A stretch of 64,000 bases of DNA from the NCBI RefSeq assembly GCF_036321535.1, contig NC_087447.1, positions 11,842,001 to 11,906,000 on the forward strand, read 5' to 3'. Positions 10,718 through 29,500 of this stretch are shown here, in pieces (the stretch's first letter is position 1; every line of letters begins with the position of its first letter). The position numbers and the translations under genes are program-made. The DNA is from Camelus dromedarius (taxonomy: Eukaryota). The notes beneath the pieces are model-generated. The model was not told the DNA's origin, made no database searches, and saw only the letters and a list, made by a program, of their open reading frames with translations.

Positions 10718-13700
10718 ATGTGCTCGCCTGCCAGTACCAAAATCCTATACAGGAATCCCCGGTTCCTCCGGTTAGCTTTTCTGCAGCTTCATCACCAGCA
10801 ACAGAGTGGTGTGTTCTGTGATGTCCTTCTGCAGGCAGAAGGTAAGACACTATTGGGGACTCAGTTGAAAACTCACCATGGATTAAGATAAAATGATTTT
10901 AGGTCTCGGCAGTGAAGGACAAAGCCAGTAAAATGTGTAATTATTGCCTTTGAGTGCTGTAAACTAATTGGTAAAGAGCTATTTCTGGGACAATTAGATT
11001 TTTCAAGAGTGAAAATGACACTATGCTCTTTCTCTTAAAAAATGAAACCAATTGTAAGGTTTTGTAAGCATAGGAATTCTATAAAATGTGAATAATACCG
11101 TAGTGAAGATTGTGTTAATGTGTGCAAAGCACTTAAAAACAGTACTTTTAACGTTCTAAGCACAATGTCAGTATTAGATGATACTGTTACATATTTTCTT
11201 CCCAAGCTGTTTTAAGTTTTTTACTTTTCTCCAAATTGATGGCTTTTGTTGTTGTTAAACCTACAAATATATAGCTTGTTTCCCACCCCTTCCTTTACAC
11301 TTGAAATGTTAAATCAGCTTAGGGTACAGCTTGGTATAGTGTAAAAGGCCCAAGACTAGGAGTCAGAGTTTTAAGTCCTAGTTTTATTAGTAACAAAGTC
11401 ACAAATGGGCAAGTAACTTCATCCCTCTCCAGCTCACTTTCTTCATTTATCAGAAAGGAGTATGAAACCAACATTGTGCAGCACTCTACAGTTTGCAGAA
11501 TATAATTAGTATAGTATCTCCTTTGATTCTTGTAACAGCCTTATAAGAGACGTAATGTCATATAGTTCCAGTTCTACACAAGTGAACTGAGGCCCACAGT
11601 TAAGTGACTTGCCTGTTGGTTCTCTTAGTGCAGAGTTGGAATTCAATCCTTAATTCAAAATAAATTTTAAAAAAGTATTAGTTGCCTGGTATATGCTAGT
11701 ATACTGTACATAGATACGAAGGTAGTCCTTCCTTATAAGGAAACCATGTAAGGGAGAGACAAATAACCAGTGCATTCAGATAACTGGGCAGTATAATAAG
11801 TAACACATTGGGGTAAGTATAGGCTGATAACGGAGCACAAAAGAGGAGCATCTTTCACAGAATTGAGGAGGTTGGGGGATAGGGATTAGGGAGAATTTCT
11901 TGGAGGAACTAACCCCTTAGGTAAATTCTGAAGGACAAACAGAAGTAGGAAGAAGTGGGGAAAGATATTCCCAGACAGAGAAAACACTATGTACAGAAAC
12001 TTAGAGATGTGACCAGGGATTCATGAGTGGTTCATTATGACTAGAGCACAGACTATAAGTGTATTGATTGGGGATATGGCTGGAGAAATTAGCAGCAGTG
12101 TAAGGTCTGAAGTTGGTCTTGTCCTCAGAACACTGAGACATATATTTAAAGGTTTTAAAAAGAAAGTCATGATAACTGCTTTAGAAACAGCAGTTGGGCT
12201 GCAGTGAGAGTTACTAGATTATTACTGAACCAGATAGGAGGCTGTTTTGGAATCCAGAAGAGTTTAGATTGAACAAGGCATTGAGAGTAGACAGAAATGA
12301 ATGGCTTATGAGCTGTTAAAGAGCATTTACAAAGCCTGGTGCAGTTAAGAGCAGTACAGACTGTAGCTGGGCTGCGATCTTGTCCCTGTGACCGTGGGCA
12401 TGTGAGCTCACCACGCCAGTCTCCTCTGTGGTAACAAGAGCTACCTCAGAGGGCTGCAGGGAAGATTAAATGGATTAATATTGCTAAAATCCCCAGGTGC
12501 TTGGCACATAATACTCAAGAAATATTAGCTTTTATTTTTAAGTTAATGTTTGATTAGATGGAGTAGGTAGGAGAGAAGGAAGAATCAAAGATGACTTCTA
12601 GTTTTCAGTCTTGGGCAACTGGGCGAATGTGATAGCTTATTTTGAAGTAAGAATTGGTAAGTTCTGGAGTGTGGGGGATGATGCATTCGCTTTCCAGAAA
12701 GGTTGCGTTGGAGGTACTTGTGGAACATCCATGTAGTCTTGCAGGCTGTGGCATGTCACTATCTCAGAAAAGATATCTGGGCAGAAGTAGAATCTGGAAA
12801 TCATCAGCAAGCCTCTGGTAACTGAAGCCATGGGGGAGACTGAAATTGCCCAGGAAGTGCCCATAAAACGAGAAGGTGGCTCAGGAGAGTGGATACCAGG
12901 CAGAGGATGGAGCTCAGGAGAGAACTGGATCCTGATTGTCTATATCCGAAGCCCATGCTCTTTCTGTTAGACCACAAGCAGCTTCTATGCAAATTTTTAA
13001 ACTCTTGTGTGAGTCAAACACATTTATTCAGCAAGTATTTGATCCCCTACATTGTGTCAAGCACTGGGTATACTTCAGTGAGCAAGACAAACATGGTCTC
13101 TGTCCCCACAGAGCTTGGTTTAGTGAAGGAGATGGACAGTTACAGTGCAGAGAGCTGAACGCTATGACAGCTACAGAGTACCTCTCTGTACCTGGGAGCA
13201 CCTAACCTGGACAGGGGATGGGGTTGGGGAAGGGCTTCTGAAAGAAGTGATGTCTAAATAGATTTTGAAGGATTAAAAAAATTGAATTAACTAGGTAATG
13301 GCAGAATGTTCCAGGCAGAAGAAACACATTTCTCCTTCTATTTATATTTCCATGGAGGGAAACTGAGAGGAGGGGTAGCATATTTAGGTAGACACATGTC
13401 TGCTTAACCCATGAACATGCCAGTCTGTATGAGGTAACAAAGTGTTTGGGTTTCCCTCCAGGTGAGGCAGTCCCAGCCCATTGCTGCATCCTGTCGGCCT
13501 GCAGCCCTTTCTTCACAGAGCGCCTGGAGCGGGAGAGGCCGGCTCAGGGTCGGAAGGTGGTGCTGGAGCTGGGAGGCCTAAAGATCAGGACACTTAGGAA
13601 ACTCGTGGACTTCCTGTACACCTCAGAGATGGAAGTATCTCGAGAAGAAGCCCAGGATGTGCTTTCTGCTGCTCGTCAGCTCCGTGTATCTGAGCTCGAA

Positions 13701-15527
13701 TCCCTTCAGCTAGAGGGTGGGAAATTGGTGAAGGCCCCTGAAGGCCGAAGACTGAACCGGGAGTGCTTACAGCCTCCCAGTGCTACACCTATCTCTGCCA
13801 GGGTGGTGGCGTCCAGCCCCCGCCTGCGAACTCCACTGCCTGTTACCCCAACTCCCTGTTCTTTTGAGACAGTGAGATTGAAGATCTCAGGGAAGGAAGA
13901 GGGGTCCCAGGAGAAGAGCAACCGACAGAACGTGGAGAACTTGTCTGGCACTCTTCTGCTCAAGAGGAAGGCCAGAGCCTGCCCAACTCCACAGGAAAAA
14001 AGCTCTTCACCATCAAGCCGCAGCTGGGGACATAAGGAGAACAAGAGTGATCCTGCCCTTGGTCCTACAGCACTTTCCCCACCCAGCTTGTACCCCTCTG
14101 TGGATGAACAGCTGTTGCCCAGAAAGATCAGGCTGAGTCGCTCAAAGCCCTCTCCTGATGTCTGTATATCCAAGCCTGCCAGCCTTTTAAGCGGACCCAG
14201 GTCAGTGCCCACAGCCCCTGGCCGGCGTCTTTGGAGGCAGAAGAGTATAAAGAAAGGAGCGCCAGAGGACAAGCTGAAAACAGAGCGAGCTAGTCCTCTG
14301 CAGAGCACCTCAAGCCCATCTGGCCTCGGAAAGACGAGCGGGAGCAAGAAGCGGAGCCCTGAAGTCAGGGCACCTAACTCAGACTCTGCAGAAGAGGGGC
14401 AGGTTGGAAGAGTGAAACTGCGCAAGATTGTCAACGGCACCTGCTGGGAGGTGGTGCAGGAGCCTCCCCTCAGAAACTCTCAAGATAGCCCTCAGATCCC
14501 AGAACCTGAAGACTGGGAAGAGCCTCCAGGGACGCAGCCACCCTCAGTTAACAAGCAGGAAACGTCACCTGCCAGAACAGACCTGTGTGAGGGCTCCCCG
14601 GGGTGCTCTAGGCTGCAAGACATCCTGCTCTCTACTAGCCGCTCCCCACACCGCCCAGTGGTGAAGTCTGAGTTCGGGTCCAGCCCAGAGATGGCAGGGA
14701 AGGAACCTGGACTGGCTGTTGACTGCAGAGAGCCCTATGCGTTTGACACAGCCCTACTCGGGCAGCCCTGTGAAGCCGAGGAGTACCGAATCACCAGTGC
14801 TGCCGCCACCAGTGAGCTGGAGGAGATCCTGGACTTCATGCTCTGTGGTTCAGACATTGAGCCACCCATGGGGTCTCTGGAGAGTCCCCGGCCTGAGGGC
14901 TGCAGAACCCCTAGTTACCACCTGACAGAAACAGGAAAGAACTGGATAGAAGGGGAAGAATGGTGTTTGCCAGACATGGAACTGTGGCCCAGGGAGCTTG
15001 CAGGACTGGAAAAGGAACCTGTTGGTGAGAACAAAGGGCCAATTGAGCCCTTTAGCTCCCTTGTCTTGCCCTCTGAGAACAAAGAGCCAATTGAACCCTT
15101 GAGCCCCCTTGTCATGCCCTCAGAGACGAGTGAAGGGGAGGTGTTTTCAGTGGAAAGCTCTTGGTCTCCAGACCTGGAAATTACCAGCTCCCAGTCACTG
15201 GATGGTCAGAGAGACAAGCTTCTCCACACTGACTCCCTTGACCCTCCCCAAAGGTCCTATGGGGACCTCTCACCTCCCTGTTCAAACTGGGTGGAGACTG
15301 GGCTGGAAGTGTCCCTACCTATGGATGAGGTATTACACCCTGCTCCAGAAGCAGGCAAGGAGGTATCTGGCAGCTCTGAGTTGCTGGGTCCACTTCCTGC
15401 CAGCCCTGAAGAGGAAGAGATTGACGTGGTGGACTGGTCGTCAGAGGGGACTGCGCCCACGGATATTCCCTCCGTATGGCCCGACCCTTCCTCAGAGTCA
15501 GAAACAGAGGTAGACATACTAACGTAG
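10718..15527 (+). CDS. BTBD18: BTB/POZ domain-containing protein 18 (pachytene piRNA transcription factor), 729 aa
   Basis: Coding exons are 10718-10841 (MCSPASTKILYRNPRFLRLAFLQLHHQQQSGVFCDVLLQAE, donor gtaag, phase 1) and 13462-15527 (acceptor ccctccag). The BTB domain continues GEAVPAHCCILSACSPFF...LVDFLYTSEM, and the C-terminus is SESETEVDILT*. Exon 2 acceptor at 10674. Confidence 0.95.
11680..13340. mobile_element. Cluster of L2/MIR fragments in BTBD18 intron 2 (approximate bounds)
   Basis: Several L2-type segments, e.g. caaacacatttattcagcaagtatttg...caagacaaacatggtctctgtcccc. Identified by eye. Confidence 0.5.
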
Positions 15528-15784
15528 TGGAGTGGGGAGGCAGGTTGGAGGCACTGGGAGGGTGGGAAATGTTGGCTAGCAAAAGATACACTGACAGGCA
15601 AGCACATGCCCTGTCCTCTTAGCACAAGGGGCAGTTGTGTCCCTAGCTCGCTCTATAGGGCCTCTCCTTCCTTCCCCAGGCTTTTGGAGCCAGGCAGAAG
15701 TAATACCATGGTTAGAAAATTATGAACTTGAACCACCTTACTTCTTTATAATCTATTTTCCAGTTAGTAACAAACAAGCAAAAC

Positions 15785-15790
15785 AATAAA
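15785..15790 (+). terminator. BTBD18: Candidate BTBD18 polyadenylation signal
   Basis: First AATAAA downstream of the stop at 15527, followed by GT-rich sequence. Confidence 0.5.
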
Positions 15791-15955
15791 CCGTGTGGTT
15801 GCCAACTCTAGTGGGTCATAGGTAATAGCCAAAGCCAGGTCTCCCAAGTCATGAGGCATCTAATCACCACTTATTTAGGAAAAGTTGAGAAACACCACTC
15901 TCTGTGGTGGGCATTCTGTATAGAGAAAATGTTCCAGAAGGTATGAAGCAGTGCT

Positions 15956-16003
15956 GAGGTGGAACACTAAGTGGGGTGGGAGGTGGAACACTAAGTGGGG
16001 TGG
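15956..16003. repeat. Perfect 24-bp tandem duplication
   Basis: GAGGTGGAACACTAAGTGGGGTGG occurs twice with no mismatch. Confidence 0.95.
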
Positions 16004-16343
16004 GCGTGACGGGATGTTGTCCAGTACCTACATGTGTGGCTTATTCATTGCCAGTATGGTAAGCCAAAACCTCCGCAGGGGCCAGGAAAACATACTTCCA
16101 TCATCACTTCCAAGAAGTGAGTTGAAAGACAGTTGCTTTTTAAAAAATAAATTACTTTCCCCCCATAGTTTTTACAAGTATTTCAGATACTCTAACGGGG
16201 ACCATAGGAGTTCCAGGTTAATTGGTAACCTTAGGCTATGAAAAACACAAGGGGGAACAATCCAATAAGGCTGGTTTGCCACGTCCCTTGATGTAACATT
16301 AAGTTTTACTTTATGACCCATATTTTCATATCAACGCAGACAC

Positions 16344-16361
16344 TTTATTTTAATTTTTATT
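16344..16361 (-). terminator. SELENOH: Tandem AATAAA polyadenylation signals of SELENOH
   Basis: TTTATT on the + strand at 16344-16349 and 16356-16361, about 90 nt past the SECIS. Confidence 0.75.
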
Positions 16362-16434
16362 AAACAAAATCCAGGAACTTTTCAATGCCTTATTAGAGGG
16401 TTGCCTCACTACTGAACCATCATTTCTGGAGGGG

Positions 16435-16505
16435 AAGAAACCATGGCTTCAGGTACATGACTGAAGTTTGGCCATGTCCCGTCATAAATGCTCCAACATC
16501 ACCAG
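16435..16505 (-). promoter_or_regulatory. SELENOH: SECIS element in the SELENOH 3' UTR exon (exon starts 16514)
   Basis: Minus strand reads AUUU AUGAC GGGACAUGGC C AAA CUUCA GUCAUGUACC UGAA GCCAU. AUGA core at 16485-16482, a 10-bp helix with one mismatch, apical AAA at 16469-16467, and the GA partner in UGAA at 16451-16448. Confidence 0.92.
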
Positions 16506-17380
16506 GGACCAAGGCTGTGAAAATGAGAGGGGAAGATAAGTTAGAGAAGGGATCCAGGCAATCATATATAGTCAGTCCAAGGAAGACGACATGTCCCCCA
16601 CCTTTAAACCTACAAACCCAGGAGAGCTCAAGGATTGCGTCCTCCCCCCAAATCTCACTCAATATATCAAGTCCTGACAACATGCCACAGCACTGTATGA
16701 AACACTAGGGATAAAGACAAGGTCAGATCCCGTGACCAGGAGTGAGGGTACCATACTGCAGGGTTATCTCACGGGGTTATAACAGAAAAAACACACTGGT
16801 AACAACACAAGAGGACAGGAGTATTCCTGAAGTTAATACAGATTTGGCTGGTAGAAGGGGGAAGTCACGACTCATACAAATAAAACAGTTGTGAATGATT
16901 TTGTTTCATTCATAAATGAGGTAACCGGTTCAGCGAATCAAAACGTGCCATCAGGGATGTAGAAGATTAGTTTTTTTTAACAAATATAAATTAAACTGGT
17001 CCATACCCCGAGGGCAACAATTAACTGCATCCCCTAAGGACACAAATTGCATTTCTATAAAGAGTTATTTACATTACCACCGGTATTCCACGCCTTAGGC
17101 TCAAAGACGGTGAAATGAAACAAGGTAGTTAGCATAGGGCGCCCTGGATAGGAATAAGTTTTTTTGTTGTTGCAGACTTCAGTTTTTCCCACCAATAAAA
17201 AGGGGAAGAGGTATTCCCACTAGAGGAAATCCTGAGAGTAGAAACGAGTTATGAAAATGTATGTCCTGTGTGAAATGAGGGGTAACACTAAGGGCTGCTT
17301 CACAAATAGGCACAAAATCAATCCATTCCTCCTCATTCCCCATTTCAAACCTCAGAGTGAGGACTTCCGCCCAAACCTCC

Positions 17381-17980
17381 CTACGAAAGGTACTTCTTCA
17401 GCTCCTCCACCACCTCTTGAGGCTCAGGGAACTTAAGTTTGCGCGGGGGCCCCTTCTTAATCCCAGTCCAGAGCTCCGCAGCTGGGGAGAGACCGCGGAA
17501 AGCGAAGTTACTTTAGAATCCACCAACATCTCCCCGAAATCATCAGGTGGCGGCGGTCTGAGACCGACCTTCCTCGCCTAGGACCGAAGCAACTCCCCGC
17601 CCGGCGCCCCAGACCTGGGCCCCACTCACTGCTGCCGTCGGGGCGCAGCAGCGTCACCTCGAAGCTGCCCCTCCGAGGCTTGGTCGGGTTCACCTTCACA
17701 GGAAGTTCCGGGGCCTCCAGGCGCAGCGCCTCGCTCAGGGCCGCGGCGTTGCGCCCGTAGACGCGTCAGCTCGTGCTAGAGAGATGGGGAAGGTCAGAGG
17801 CTGGGGCCGTCGGTCTGCGGCGCCCCTGCCCGTCCCCGGTACTCCCCAGACCCCTCACCAATGCTCGATAACGACACTCGCCTCCTCCACTCCCTTCTGG
17901 CCGCTCGCTGGCTTCTCCCGCTTCTCGGCCGCCGGGACCGGCGCCGCCTCGGCCTTTCGCTTCTTCCCGCGGGGAGCCAT
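17381..17980 (-). CDS. SELENOH: Selenoprotein H, 122 aa, with in-frame UGA read as Sec44 in a CTSU (CxxU) thioredoxin-like motif
   Basis: Exons are 17980-17859 (MAPRGKKRKAEAA...VVIEH), 17775-17630 (C-T-S-UGA-RVYGRNAAAL...PDGS) and 17481-17381 (AELWTGIKKGPPRKLKFPEPQEVVEELKKYLS*). All introns are GT-AG and phases are consistent, 369 nt total. Strong Kozak context gcgccATGG. Confidence 0.97.
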
Positions 17981-18400
17981 GGCGCCTGGGGCCCGGCTGG
18001 GAACCGAGCCGACCTAGGGCGGGAATAGGGTGGAGATGCGGTCACCGGGCAGAGGCCGGGCCCGCTCCGAGCTCCAAACCGCGGGCCAGAAATCTGGCTC
18101 CCGGAACAAAACCTCCCCAAAGCCGCAGAAAGCGTGGCGCAGGGCGCACACGTGGTCTGGAGGCGGGACCTTCGGGCACAGGCACTCTGCACGCAGAGGC
18201 GGGGGCGAGGCCAGACCGAACCACCAGTGCTGGCGGTAGGGGCGACGGGGTAGCTCGGAAAATGAGCCAAGCTTCACAGGCTTTTCTGCAACCGCGCGGC
18301 CAGCTAAACGGTGTGCACCATGACCCCGCCCCTACCCAAACCTCGTTCCTGGAACCCGCGGGCCAATCCCAAACTAACTCCACGTTATACTCCAATTTAA
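17440..18400. promoter_or_regulatory. SELENOH: CpG island covering the SELENOH promoter and coding exons
   Basis: Very high CpG density. CCAAT at about 18364, E-box CACGTG at about 18148, and five TGCRCNC cores. Confidence 0.8.
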
Positions 18401-18588
18401 TAACTCTGCGGTTAGGGAAACGAAAACTTCAACTCTCCCCCATCCTGGGGACCAATGCGTGGCATCTGGTGAAACTAATCATGATTGCCTTTCGAATTAA
18501 GGAGACGACGGCGATTCCTCTGCAGTTGCCAGCCATTCTCATACAAGAATAACACACAAAGGCGCAATCAAAAGTAAATGCCAGTCCC

Positions 18589-18594
18589 TTTATT
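18589..18594 (-). terminator. TMX2: Candidate TMX2 polyadenylation signal
   Basis: TTTATT on the + strand, about 700 nt after the TMX2 stop and just upstream of the SELENOH promoter. Confidence 0.6.
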
Positions 18595-19292
18595 ATGGAA
18601 AACGATCAACTGGGTGTAGGGAGTAGCAAGGAGGGTAAAAGAACTCCAACCCTGTAGGTCCCACCACACAAGGTAAGTCTGAAAGGTCTATTTCCCTTCC
18701 TCCCAGTCTCCATAAAGTAGAGAGATTATTCAAGACTATGTTCTATGAGAAAACTCTGGTTAGAGGTTTCTCCTTGGGACCAATAACAGTTAGGCTTATA
18801 CTTTTTAATGCAGGGCACAGACCAAGCCAGAAGGGCCTGGAGAAACAAGGGTCCTTGAGGGAAAAAAAAATCTCAGCACTAACTCTGCATCTGGGCATTT
18901 TATATTAGGGTTTAACCTAATCTAAGTAGGCTGTGTAGGGCCACTAAGGAATAACGAAACCAGAGCGTGGTGGAGATCTGTGAGTGGCACACAGCAGCTG
19001 AAACACTGGCCCAAGCTTGGAGGGAAAGCATTTCCCCCGTACCATGTAAGATCTTGCTCTCCCTCCAGTATAGGAGCAGGCCAGAGAAGTGGAGGCCTTC
19101 CTGGAGGGTACCTGTCATTTCCCTGAATGCCTCTTAAAAATCAGAAGCAATACCCTGCCCTACCTAGGCATAGCCAAACAACGAAATATAAATAAAAGGC
19201 CAAGGCCTCAGGCAAGGCTTGTGGTTACAGAAAGGGCAGGGCCTCAGAGGCGCCTGGGATCCACAGGAGAGGAAGCACTGAAGGCAGGGATC

Positions 19293-26476
<7,184 letters not shown>

Positions 26477-26527
26477 ATGAAAATCACCAACGCCAGACAC
26501 CGGGACAGCGCTGGGGCGGAGGGGACG

Positions 26528-29500
26528 ATGGAGAATTTTACGGCGCTTTTCGGAGCTCAGGCTGACCCACCGCCGCCCCCAACCGCACTCGGCTTCGGAC
26601 CTGGAAAGCCTCCACCCCCGCCGCCTCCTCCTCCGGGCGGGGGTCCAGGCACGGCCCCGCCCCCCACCGCGGCCACGGCCGCTCCCGGCGCTGACAAGTC
26701 AGCGGCAGGTTGTGGCCCCTTCTACCTAATGCGGGAACTACCAGGTGAGTACGAGGCCTGGCCAAAGCCAGCCAATCAGATCATAGCAAGAAGGGGATGG
26801 GCGTGGCTCTTAGCCCGCTGGCTTAGGTGAGGAGTAACCCAGGCAACGCTTGCCGGGATTTCCGAGCTCTAAGTCCGAGGGGCTCTGAAATTCACAACCA
26901 AAGGGATGATAGAAATTCTTGAGATGGATTGGGGATGGGAAGAGAATGGATCTCCGTGACTACCTTTCACTCCGTATCATGCCCCTGTCCCTGACATTGG
27001 TTTATGGCTTCCAAAAAATTATCCAGGGTTTGAGTATGGAACTTGAAAGCCTTGATTCAACATCTCTGCAGACCTAAGATTTTACTTCCAAATCTGTTTG
27101 GAGTTTGGAGCTTGTTGCCTTCCTCCCTTCTCTGGGCCTCGGCATTTCCTCATCAGTTTAAAGAGGTGATTAGAATTGAACCAGATTCTTTCATTCAAAA
27201 ATCTTTTTTTTTTTTTTTGAGCACCTGCTATGTACCAAGCACTGTTCTAAATGCTGAAGATGCAACTGTGAATAAGACTGACAAGATCCTTGCCTTTGGG
27301 GAGTTTACATGCCTAATGGAGGAGGCAAAGAGTAACAAACAAGAGAATGTCAGAGAGTGGTTATGTCTGCAAAGAGAAAACATGATAAAGAATTGAGGCA
27401 GCAGAACTCCTTTAGCTAGAGTGATTAGAGAAGCCCTCTGAGTAGGTAACTTTAAAGCTAAAATTTAAGCTCCAAAATTCATATTGGTGAAGAAAATTAG
27501 GGAGCCCAGTAGTGCAATTTGTTAGCACGCAGTACTTACATGGTGAAGAAAATTAGGAAGACTTTTCCGATAATTAGGTCAGTTTTCCTAAAAGAAATTT
27601 TTTTAAGGAAACAGTGTGAGGGGTATTTTTTTCAGATGATGGATTCCCCTTTGGATGGATCAAAAATTTTGTATAGGGGAATAGGGCTTGGTTAGGCCCC
27701 AGAGGTAAATTACAGTAAGAAGTGTTTAACCACAAGTGCCAGTCAAAGGAATTTAAGCTTTTTCCTAAGGGAATAGCAAACCATTGAGATATCTGAACTG
27801 AATACTGCTTCTAAAGATATCTGGAGAATGTGTGTGCCACATGTTTAAATAGAGGAACGATGAATGAGGTGGGGAAGATTTGAAGTTAAAAGAAAAACTG
27901 AATCTGCAATGAATGAACTAAGAGGATGCTGGCAGTGGAAGATTAGTTTTCAGGAGAGGAGTGAGGCCCGAGGAGAGAAATTTATAAATTATCTTAATAG
28001 AACTGATGGTCAAAACAGAAAGTTGGATGGACCCTTAAGTTAAAGAATTTAGAAAAAGCACAGAGTGCCCTCTCACCTGAGCCTTGAGTATAATCATCTA
28101 GAAAGGGAACTGACAGAGGGGGAAAAATCAGGATACCAAAATGGCAGGAGGCAGTGCCATGTTATGAGGAGAAGTACCGTGGCACTGAGTCTCCTGCCAT
28201 TCAAGTGGACCACTCTTCTGAGACATCTGACATTGGAAGACAAGGGCAAGAACAGGGGTAAGGTCTGTAGGTATGGAGGAAAAAACACCTTGTTCAATGA
28301 ATGTTGCGTGTGAAGTGTGTGTACTGTGTTGAGGACCAGTGATACACGAATGAGCAAGACATTTTATTTTCTCTGCCCTCAGTGGGCTCATAGTTCGGAA
28401 TCTGAGTTTTTCTCAAGTGAATGGTTATAAAAAAGTCACTTTTGTCATTTGTACCCTGAGTGTTCATCATAACTATACATGAAATTGTAGGCTAGATATT
28501 TCTACCCTTGCCACTGGATCCTAGTTAGATTACTAATAAGTTCGTATTCTTTGGAAAAAAGTCAGCCATGAAATATTTATGCTAATAATGCCTTCCATTT
28601 ATATAGTACTTTATATTTTTCAATATGTTTTCATTTGAACCCTGAAAAAAATTAAGTGTACTTCAGATACCTTTTACCCTGTTCTATAGATAAGAGGAAA
28701 CTGAGGCATAGAAGACAGCTAGGGTTAGAATTCTAGTTGCCCAACTAATCAAACATCTCTTCTTGGCAAAGCATCATATTCGTATTATTAGGAAGAATAA
28801 AGATGGTGGTAACAAAAGTTAGGCAGCAGTAGCTAGAAAAATCTCTTGTAAATCACCTCTGTAGAGGTGATTAGTGTTTCTTGCTAGTTTAAAAAAAGTG
28901 GTGGGGAGAAGCAAGACACCCAGGCCAGAGGGTCATATTTGGCCCTAAGCTTGGTTGTAGCTGAGCTGTGAGGTTATGTTATGCTGGTCATGTCATGGCC
29001 AAGAGTGTAATTTCTCACTAGTACATTTATGGAACACAGAACAGTGTTTAGCATGGAGTATAAGCATCGTGTAAGTTACTACTCTGGTTAGTCGGAGGGG
29101 AGTGTCTCCTTCATTGGGTCAGAGCAGTTCCCACCTCTGCCCTATTTGAATTTTTGCCTATTTTTCCTTCTCCTCCTTCCAACCTACCATTCTGCAGTAT
29201 TATACTTCTAGTGTTTCTGTTGTTTACTTTTGCTATTTCCTATTTTTTTAAATATATATTTTTTTAATTTATCACTTGAAAGATTCCTTATTTAAGTTAA
29301 AATATAGTTCTTTAACTTTCCCTTCTGGGTCAATGACTTAAAAAAAATGCTCAACTCTTGGGACTAATTTTATTATTTTTCTCCCTGTATCCTCTAGGCA
29401 GCACAGAGCTGACAGGCAGCACTAATCTGATCACACACTACAACCTGGAACAGGCCTATAATAAATTCTGTGGGAAGAAAGTGAAGGAGAAGCTAAGTAA

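Noticed and set aside
13706-14440. 244-aa ORF antisense to BTBD18
   Set aside because: Shadow ORF of a long coding exon with no independent signature.
17766-17768. SELENOH as a pseudogene with a premature stop
   Set aside because: The UGA is at the CxxU position, the frame continues intact, and a SECIS is present.
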